A DNA stretch of 13,235 nucleotides from an uncultured archaeon (lineage in GTDB: Archaea; Asgardarchaeota; Heimdallarchaeia; Heimdallarchaeales; Kariarchaeaceae): NCBI GenBank assembly GCA_964645535.1, contig CAZYCQ010000075.1, positions 1 through 13,235 on the forward strand. Direction: 5' to 3'. Each line of letters begins with the position of its first letter. Positions within the stretch are counted from its first letter, which is position 1. The notes under the pieces were generated by a model that was not told the DNA's origin, did no database searches, and saw nothing but the letters and a program-made list of their open reading frames with translations. Below, in pieces: positions 6,955-13,235 of the stretch. A program made the position numbers and the translations under genes.

Positions 6955-7026
6955 TGCACGAGCCGGGAATTGAACCCGGGACAAGAGCTTGGAAGGCTCC
7001 TATGATAGCCACTTCACCACTCGTGC
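6955..7026 (-). tRNA. tRNA-Gly (anticodon TCC), intronless, CCA not encoded
   Basis: The reverse complement folds as a cloverleaf: acceptor stem GCACGAG/CTCGTGC plus A73, anticodon stem GGAGC/GCTCT with loop CTTCCAA, and T arm CCGGG-TTCAATT-CCCGG. Confidence 0.97.
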
Positions 7027-7053
7027 TTTTCTGATTGAATTAGATATTGGAAG

Positions 7054-7062
7054 TTTATAAAA
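7054..7062 (-). promoter_or_regulatory. TATA box of tRNA-Gly
   Basis: TTTTATAAA on the - strand, ending 28 nt upstream of the mature tRNA 5' end. Confidence 0.65.
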
Positions 7063-7355
7063 TTTGGGACTTGATTCATTTTTTTGGATTTTGACTTTTC
7101 CGTAATTTTTCCATTTGCAATTTTTTGGCAATTTTAATAATTTCTTTTTTTTCAATTTAGTGTATGATGGTTCTTGTTCTTGATTTTGCCATTTCCTTTT
7201 CAGTGATTTTATTTGGTTTGACAGTTGTGCTTCCTGCTGGTTCGCAGCGTGTTTCTCCGGAGCGTAAGGATTCTGATTGATGGTTTTTGTTTTGTTGTTT
7301 GATCATGTTTGTGATGTTTGCTTTTGAGTGATATTGTGAAGGTTCTCCGGAGTAC

Positions 7356-7365
7356 AAGTTTAAAT
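7356..7365 (+). promoter_or_regulatory. BRE/TATA-like promoter of the radical SAM-HAD operon
   Basis: AAGTTTAAAT begins 34 nt before the ATG at 7390. Confidence 0.6.
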
Positions 7366-7389
7366 TGTTCCTGTTGTAAGTTATTCAGG

Positions 7390-8808
7390 ATGCATATCCT
7401 GATGGCTCAATGTTATTTTCGTGTGCTTGATCCTAAGGAGTATTCTCGTCAGATGCCTTATCCTCCATTGGGTTCATTGATCTGTGCGGAGCTGTTGCGG
7501 CGGGAGGGTCATGAGGTAACGTTTTTTGATGCGATGCTTGGGACACCTGCTGAATTGATGGAGGTGTATTGTTCGGATGATTTTGATTTGGTTGTATTTT
7601 ATGATGATGAGTTCAATTATTTGACGAAGATGAGTCTTTCACGGATGCGTGAGACTGTTCTAGATCTTGCCGGTTCGATAGTTGAGCCTGTGGTTGTGTA
7701 TTCAAGTGATGCGATGTATGTTCCTGAGTTGTATCTTAGATCTGGTGTTGATTATGTTCTTTGTGGTGAGGGAGAGTTTGCTCTTTTGGAGTTGTTGGGC
7801 GCATTGGCAGGTGGTTATTCTCCTGATGGCATTGAGGGTTTGCATTATCTGAAGGACGGTCGTTTGGTTGACGGTGGTCGTCGTGGTTTGCATGGTTGTT
7901 TGGATGATTTTCCGGATCCTGCATTTGATTTGGTTGATTTGTCTCGGTATCGGTCGATTTGGCGTCGTCACCATGGGTATTTTTCGTTGAACCTGAGTAC
8001 CAGTCGTGGTTGTACCTATGGTTGCAATTGGTGTTCCAAGCCACTTTGGGGTCGTACGTATCATGCTCATTCTCCGGGGCGTGTGGCTTCGTTGATGCAT
8101 CGTTTGGTTTCTTCGTACGGTGTTGACCATTTCTGGATTACGGACGACATTTTTGGGTTGAAGAAGGGTTGGTTGTCCGATTTTCGTCGTGTTCTTAGGG
8201 AGATGGATTTCCGTCCCCGGTACAAATGTCTTTCACGTGCGGATTTGCTGGTGCGTGGTGATACGGTTGAATTGTTGAAGGCTACGGGTTGCCAGACGGT
8301 TTGGATCGGAGCGGAATCTGGGAGTCAGCGAGTGTTGGATGCCATGGAGAAGGGTATCCGTGTGGAGCAGATTCGTGAGGCGGTTAGGCTCTGCAAGGCG
8401 GCTGGGCTTGAGATCTGTTTTTTCATTCAGTTTGGTTATTTGGGTGAGGATTGGAACGACATTTTGAAGACTCGGCAGTTGATACTTGACACACTTCCCG
8501 ACGACATTGGCATATCGGTTTCGTATCCTCTTCCTGGTACACGGTTCTATGACATTGTGAAGGATCGTCTGGGCGTGAAGCGTAATTGGGAGGATTCTGA
8601 CGATCTGGATCCGTTGTTTCCCGGCACCTTTCCTCGTGAGTTCTACCGATACCTTCATCGTTTGGTTCACAACGAGTATCGGCTCGCCTTGGTTCGGGAT
8701 TCATGGGCACCCCGGTCGATTGCAAAGCGTATATATCATTGGTTGGGGAAGAAACATTTTGAACGGAAGGTAAAGCCATATATTTCGTCAAGGATTTCTT
8801 TGACATAG
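7390..8808 (+). CDS. Cobalamin (B12)-binding radical SAM enzyme
   Basis: 472 aa from ATG 7390 (MHILMAQCYF...). The N-terminal B12-binding region has PYPPLG and VDYVLCGEGE. It carries the CxxxCxxC motif SRGCTYGCNWC, plus ITDDIF, IGAESGSQRVLDAMEKG and YPLPGT. Confidence 0.93.
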   Translation: MHILMAQCYFRVLDPKEYSRQMPYPPLGSLICAELLRREGHEVTFFDAMLGTPAELMEVYCSDDFDLVVFYDDEFNYLTKMSLSRMRETVLDLAGSIVEPVVVYSSDAMYVPELYLRSGVDYVLCGEGEFALLELLGALAGGYSPDGIEGLHYLKDGRLVDGGRRGLHGCLDDFPDPAFDLVDLSRYRSIWRRHHGYFSLNLSTSRGCTYGCNWCSKPLWGRTYHAHSPGRVASLMHRLVSSYGVDHFWITDDIFGLKKGWLSDFRRVLREMDFRPRYKCLSRADLLVRGDTVELLKATGCQTVWIGAESGSQRVLDAMEKGIRVEQIREAVRLCKAAGLEICFFIQFGYLGEDWNDILKTRQLILDTLPDDIGISVSYPLPGTRFYDIVKDRLGVKRNWEDSDDLDPLFPGTFPREFYRYLHRLVHNEYRLALVRDSWAPRSIAKRIYHWLGKKHFERKVKPYISSRISLT

Positions 8809-9509
8809 TGAACAGGGACGGCATTCGCGTGCTGCTTCTTGATTTCGACGGCACGCTTATTGACTATCGTGTGGCAGAATACCATGCGATACGGGATGTC
8901 TTGGTCAATTGGGGTGTTCGAGACATAGAAGCTGCCGCACGAAGGTACAATATTATCAATGAAGGTCTGTGGGCAAGGTTTCGGAAGGGTGAGCTTGATG
9001 CGGCAAGCATTCGTTCCTTGCGTTTCAAGATGCTTTTTGATGAGCTGGAGATTGACCGCGATCCTCTGCGATCCAATTCCGAATACCTTGAATCCTTCAT
9101 TTTTCATTCAAAGGTGGAGCCAGATGTTTTGGAAGGCATTCAAAGGCTGAAGGAATCTGGTTACTCCCTGATGGTTCTCACCAATGGGTTTCATGACACG
9201 CAAAGGCGGCGATTGGAGCAGTCCGGTCTGCTTCGGTATCTTGACGGGTATTTGACAAGCGAGCAGGTTTCCAGTCCCAAGCCTGCTCCTGCAATGTTTG
9301 AGCGAGCCTTGAAGAAGTTTTCGGCCTTTCCGCATGAGGCATTGATGGTGGGCGATTCACTTGAGGCGGACATCGGCGGTGCTTCGGCTCTGGGTATCCC
9401 ATCGATTCTGATTGGGGATGGGATGCCCGATGTGCCGCCTCTTCCTCATGCTGTCTTTCCTGATTTTCCGGGTTTTGTATCCTTCTGGTTGGGTGATGAC
9501 TTCTCTTGA
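8808..9509 (+). CDS. HAD-superfamily phosphatase, YjjG/YfnB-like (pyrimidine nucleotidase-like)
   Basis: 233 aa with motif I DFDGTL, motif II LTNG, motif III PKP and motif IV GDSLEADIGGA. The GTG start overlaps the radical SAM stop (TAGTG). Confidence 0.9.
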   Translation: MNRDGIRVLLLDFDGTLIDYRVAEYHAIRDVLVNWGVRDIEAAARRYNIINEGLWARFRKGELDAASIRSLRFKMLFDELEIDRDPLRSNSEYLESFIFHSKVEPDVLEGIQRLKESGYSLMVLTNGFHDTQRRRLEQSGLLRYLDGYLTSEQVSSPKPAPAMFERALKKFSAFPHEALMVGDSLEADIGGASALGIPSILIGDGMPDVPPLPHAVFPDFPGFVSFWLGDDFS

Positions 9510-9534
9510 TGGCTTTGCGGTATGTCCTTTCGGA

Positions 9535-11160
9535 TTATGCGATGACTTCTCCAGATAGTCTTTCCGCTGCTTTTCTGAAGTCCTTCTCTGCCATGTGGAG
9601 GGTGTTGACCAAGAGTGGTTTGGCTTGATAGAAGGCATCCCTCATTTCCTGTGTCTTGGAGACAAGGTTTGGGAGTGCATCGACAGCGTTTCTGAAGACG
9701 AGGTTGGATTCGATCGTCTTTGGTATCCAGTCTACGAACTCTGTAAGCCTTGGATGGATGGGATAATAGAATATTGCCTTATGCTTGCCGAATAGCGAGT
9801 TCTTGTCAAACTTCTTCAGTGTGTCCGGTACCTTGACGGGTGGGATTGCGATTGTAAAGATGTCATTCTTGTTTTTCTTGCCGTATTGGAAGATATAGAT
9901 GGGTAGGAGCATTTTGATGGTCTGCCCCGGATTGTCCAGCTTGAATCGTTCGGGTTCGATCATGGGTGCCCCTTCGGTCTGTACCTGTTTTTCAATTTCG
10001 CGAGCCAATTGGTCCTTGCGTTGCAGGAACTGTTCATACTTGCTTTGTGCTTCCTCAAGCTGAAGCTTGATTTCTGCAAGTTCAGCATCCCTTTCCGCCT
10101 TGGCATCGATCAGCGTTCTTCGAATGGCTTCTTTGTCAAGTTCAGCCTTCCTTTCAAGATCTTCGACATCGAGTTTTAGATCGGCATCGATGTCTGCTTC
10201 TCTGTTTCTGGTTCGGTTCACCTGATCCTTTGCGAAGCTGATGGCAGCCTTGAATGTGTCTGTGGCATCATCAAGCGCTGCAAGGGTTTCGTCGATGGCG
10301 GTGATGGGATCGTCTCCGGGAGTTGCGGTAAGTTTTTCCAATTCCTGCACCAGCTTTTCGATCTCTTTCTCGTCCTTGCGGATATTCTTTGCCACTCCCT
10401 TTACGAAGGTTTTGATGTTCTCCTTTTTGGCCTTTTCAGCTTCCTTTTTCAAATTTGCAAGATCCGCCTGCAATTTCTTTTCTCTTTCCTTCAGTTTGGT
10501 CTTTTCTTCTGTTTCCAGTTCCTTTATCAGTGTTTTCCAATAGGTGGTGCGTTCCTCAAGCAATGTTTTCTGGTCGTCTACCTCTTCTTTGAAAGCGGCT
10601 TCTGCCATCTCGATGCGTTTCTTGATTTCATCATTCAAGCGTTTCTTGTCATAGATTGCACTGTTGACGGATGCAATGTCGGCCTTCAGATCTGCCTGTT
10701 CCCGCGTGGCTGGCAGTTCCTTGAAATCCCAGTTTCCGTCCACCCGTTGTGCATCAAGAAGTGCATAAATGATTTCAAGGTCTTTCTTGCCGATTCCTCC
10801 CTTGAGGATGGTGTCGGTGACCTTGAGCTGCAGGAGTTTCTTGTAGACCCTATCGACCGTGAGGTTGGCACGGTTGTCAAGAAATGCCTTGAGTTCCTGT
10901 ATGTCGATGAGGTTGGTGATGGGTACGCGGATTTCCTTTCCGCTTGAGGGATTCAATGCAAGATAGCCTCCGGTCTTGGTCTTGACAAATAGCAATGGGA
11001 TGGATGCCTTTGAGATGCGCTTGATCTGGTCTGCCTTTCCTACTGCCTTGTCCCCTAGAAAATCCGAAGCAAGAATCAACATCCCTGCTGTTTCCGCAAG
11101 CTTGTCCTCTTCAGCTGAAAGTGAGCTTGTCTGAAACTTGACTTTGATGTTCGATGCCAT
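9535..11160 (-). CDS. Hypothetical coiled-coil protein with globular N- and C-terminal domains
   Basis: 541 aa. Two proline-free, E/K/A/L-rich helical runs (residues ~151-280 and ~286-397) are separated by PGDDP. There is no TM segment and no recognisable ATPase motif. A TATA-like AACTTTAAGT lies upstream (11200-11191). Confidence 0.8.
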   Translation of the reverse strand: MASNIKVKFQTSSLSAEEDKLAETAGMLILASDFLGDKAVGKADQIKRISKASIPLLFVKTKTGGYLALNPSSGKEIRVPITNLIDIQELKAFLDNRANLTVDRVYKKLLQLKVTDTILKGGIGKKDLEIIYALLDAQRVDGNWDFKELPATREQADLKADIASVNSAIYDKKRLNDEIKKRIEMAEAAFKEEVDDQKTLLEERTTYWKTLIKELETEEKTKLKEREKKLQADLANLKKEAEKAKKENIKTFVKGVAKNIRKDEKEIEKLVQELEKLTATPGDDPITAIDETLAALDDATDTFKAAISFAKDQVNRTRNREADIDADLKLDVEDLERKAELDKEAIRRTLIDAKAERDAELAEIKLQLEEAQSKYEQFLQRKDQLAREIEKQVQTEGAPMIEPERFKLDNPGQTIKMLLPIYIFQYGKKNKNDIFTIAIPPVKVPDTLKKFDKNSLFGKHKAIFYYPIHPRLTEFVDWIPKTIESNLVFRNAVDALPNLVSKTQEMRDAFYQAKPLLVNTLHMAEKDFRKAAERLSGEVIA

Positions 11161-11297
11161 TTTTTCCCTATTACCCCTGAAATCGGTCTTACTTAAAGTT
11201 AGCAGTTCTTTTGAAGAGTTTTGAACAGCCGGCTTACCTAAATGCTGACCTGCTTGGAAAGTTTTTATTTACATGGTTTCCTACGTCCATTCTGAAT

Positions 11298-12536
11298 ATG
11301 GGTAATCTCAGAGTCTTCTTCAGATCGGTTCGTTTCACCACCCGGACTAAACGCAGGTTTCTTGTCTTTGTGACCATCTTCGCCCTGACAGCTGCATTTA
11401 TCGCATTTTTCGTGAACACTCTTGATGGCTACTACACCTCTGACTATCTTGACCAGAGAGGTGTTTTTCTTCAGCAGTTTGACGATCACAATGTGACTGC
11501 AGGTCAGGGAGAAGCCACTCTCCAAAGGATACGTCAGGTTTCCTCGGTTGAATTGGATGAATTGCAGCTCTACCGCTACATTGACGTGGATGCGTCGTTG
11601 CGTATCTTCAGCATCAATATTTCTCGACCGTGGATGCACCCTTGGGTCAATCCTGAAGTGGTTCTCACGGGTCATTTCCCATCGGGCACGAATCAGGTTC
11701 TGATCCCGAACGGTGACTTGCAGATCCGAAAAACAGTTTCGAACATTTACATGTCAAGCACTGTCGCAGTAGGTAGCAAGTTCTTCTTCTCAAACGGAAC
11801 CCTGAGCAGTGCCAATGCCACTGCCCTTGAATTTGTGGTCTCGGGAACTTTTGATGGATCGAATTTCGGCAATACGCAACGTGACACCCTCTGGATTTTC
11901 ATGGATGATTCCATGTTTGACAGGGTCGTCCAACTCTATGGTTTCAATGCCAGTTCTGAAGTCTATACCCATTCCGCAAGCATTACTGTCAAGACACAGG
12001 GTTTCTTCCCTACAGGCGTTGATTACGACAATGTTGCAACATTGAAGGATGAAATCGAGACTCAGGTGCTTCCGGATACCACATTGGGAAGATGGGAGCA
12101 GACGGCCCAAACCTCTTCTGCCACCGTCAAAAAGGAAGCCCGTAATCGGGACATCACTTCTTTTGGTTTTGCCATTCTTGGCGGAATTGTTCTCACCTTC
12201 ATGTTCTCATACTTGCTTTCCCGATTCAGGAAACGGGAAGTTGCAATCCTCAAGGCTATGGGATGGGGCAAAAGCTCAATTCGGCTTACCCTCATTGCAG
12301 AAATCCTGACCACTGCCATGACCGGCTTTGTCCTTGGAATGGTGGGTGCAAACGGTACCTTGCTGTATCTGAGCCTACGTGATCTCAATACGCTGCGTCG
12401 ATCCGCATTTCTTCGACCGGAAGCAATCCTTGCCTCCTTCATCATCATTGTGGTGGTGACCTTGCCGGGCATGATGTTTGCAACTTTCAGAGCATTGAGA
12501 GTCAGTCCAATGGAGGCTTTTAGAGACAGGACGTGA
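11298..12536 (+). CDS. ABC transporter permease, FtsX/MacB family
   Basis: 412 aa from ATG 11298. It has an N-terminal TM, a large extracytoplasmic domain with N-x-S/T sequons (NVT, NIS, NGT, NAT, NAS), then three TMs with the FtsX-type motifs RKREVAILKAMGW and SPMEAFR. TATA-like AAAGTTTTTATTTA at 11258-11271 argues against the TTG start at 11211. Confidence 0.9.
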   Translation: MGNLRVFFRSVRFTTRTKRRFLVFVTIFALTAAFIAFFVNTLDGYYTSDYLDQRGVFLQQFDDHNVTAGQGEATLQRIRQVSSVELDELQLYRYIDVDASLRIFSINISRPWMHPWVNPEVVLTGHFPSGTNQVLIPNGDLQIRKTVSNIYMSSTVAVGSKFFFSNGTLSSANATALEFVVSGTFDGSNFGNTQRDTLWIFMDDSMFDRVVQLYGFNASSEVYTHSASITVKTQGFFPTGVDYDNVATLKDEIETQVLPDTTLGRWEQTAQTSSATVKKEARNRDITSFGFAILGGIVLTFMFSYLLSRFRKREVAILKAMGWGKSSIRLTLIAEILTTAMTGFVLGMVGANGTLLYLSLRDLNTLRRSAFLRPEAILASFIIIVVVTLPGMMFATFRALRVSPMEAFRDRT

Positions 12537-13219
12537 TCATCATGAGTGTAGAAGTATTGCTTGAAGCCAAAAATCTTGTCAAGACCTATCGTAGAGGTAG
12601 AAATGAAGTGGTTCATGCCCTTCAGAATGTCTCCCTCAAGGTCTACCCTGCGGAAATGATCCTGCTTTTCGGACCCTCTGGATCTGGAAAATCCACCCTA
12701 CTCAATCTTCTTTCGGGTTTGGACAAACCCACCTCCGGAGAGATTTTCTTCATGGGCAAGGACATTACGAAGATGGATGAAAATGAATTGACTGTTTTCA
12801 GGCGCAATGAAGTGGGATTTGTCTTTCAGTCATGGGAACTGATCGACCACCTGAATGCGGTGGAAAATGTTGAAAGTCCCCTCTACCCTTCGAAAATTGA
12901 TGGGGGTGAACTCAGAACACAGGCCATCCAGTTGCTTAGAAGACTTGAGCTCATGGATCGAGAATTCCATTTTCCAAAGGAACTGTCTGGTGGTGAGCAA
13001 CAGAGGGTGGCCATCGCTCGCGCTCTCATCAAGAAACCGAAGATCGTATTTGCTGATGAACCCACAGGCAATCTTGACCAAGCAACGGGTGAATTGATCA
13101 TGAGGCAGATGAAAACCATCTGTAGGGCAGGAACCACCATGATCATTGCCACCCACAACGAAGAACTGAGGAGATATGCCGACCGTGTCATTCGACTGAC
13201 TGATGGAAGAATTATGTAA
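12533..13219 (+). CDS. ABC transporter ATP-binding protein, LolD/MacB family
   Basis: Walker A GPSGSGKS, Q-loop GFVFQ, signature LSGGEQQRV, Walker B/D-loop VFADEPTGNLD and H-loop ATHN. The start is either GTG 12533 (GTGA overlap with the permease stop) or ATG 12542. Confidence 0.96.
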   Translation: MIIMSVEVLLEAKNLVKTYRRGRNEVVHALQNVSLKVYPAEMILLFGPSGSGKSTLLNLLSGLDKPTSGEIFFMGKDITKMDENELTVFRRNEVGFVFQSWELIDHLNAVENVESPLYPSKIDGGELRTQAIQLLRRLELMDREFHFPKELSGGEQQRVAIARALIKKPKIVFADEPTGNLDQATGELIMRQMKTICRAGTTMIIATHNEELRRYADRVIRLTDGRIM

Positions 13220-13235
13220 AAAAGCTACTTTGCGG

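Noticed and set aside
7390-8808. Annotation as bchE (anaerobic Mg-protoporphyrin monomethyl ester cyclase)
   Set aside because: This is a common over-annotation of B12 radical SAM proteins. There are no photosynthesis or tetrapyrrole genes nearby and no specific evidence.
9535-11160. SMC/Rad50 or ESCRT-III assignment
   Set aside because: There is no Walker A/B, ABC signature, hinge or CxxC hook, and the size and globular ends do not fit ESCRT-III.
357-13191. Numerous antisense and alternative-frame ORFs in the track (e.g. 357-842, 3501-3905, 5112-5504, 5335-5856, 7702-8130, 12062-12616)
   Set aside because: They lie almost entirely within better-supported genes, lack motifs, and are explained as shadow frames, prolonged where skewed composition depletes stop codons.
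1-13235. CRISPR array or cas operon, expected near a CARF gene
   Set aside because: I found no regularly spaced 25-40 nt repeats, and no ORF has recognisable Cas1, Cas10 (GGDD) or RAMP motifs.

Overview
Archaeal chromosomal window, most likely from an Asgard archaeon (inference from a 7TM-longin-like protein, BRE/TATA promoters at a near-constant distance from start codons, and a CCA-less tRNA-Gly with an A73 discriminator). The left half (29-6425) is an accessory-type cluster. It holds a 7TM-longin-like protein, a PIN ribonuclease with four intact acidic residues, a stand-alone CARF protein, two small 4-TM proteins, and two divergently oriented paralogous membrane proteins (~8 TM each) with a C-terminal winged-helix domain. 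No cas gene, CRISPR array or nucleotide cyclase is visible. A tRNA-Gly(TCC) at 6955-7026 (- strand) sits in an AT-rich gap. At this point strand composition flips from strongly C/A-rich to strongly G/T-rich even though the flanking genes lie on the same strand, which resembles a replication origin. The right half holds a B12-binding radical SAM gene coupled to a YjjG-like HAD phosphatase, a 541-aa coiled-coil hairpin protein, and a MacB/FtsX-type ABC permease with its ATPase. The two best leads are the cyclase-less CARF + PIN + membrane-wHTH module and the skew switch at the tRNA. All family calls come from motif recognition by eye; no searches were run.
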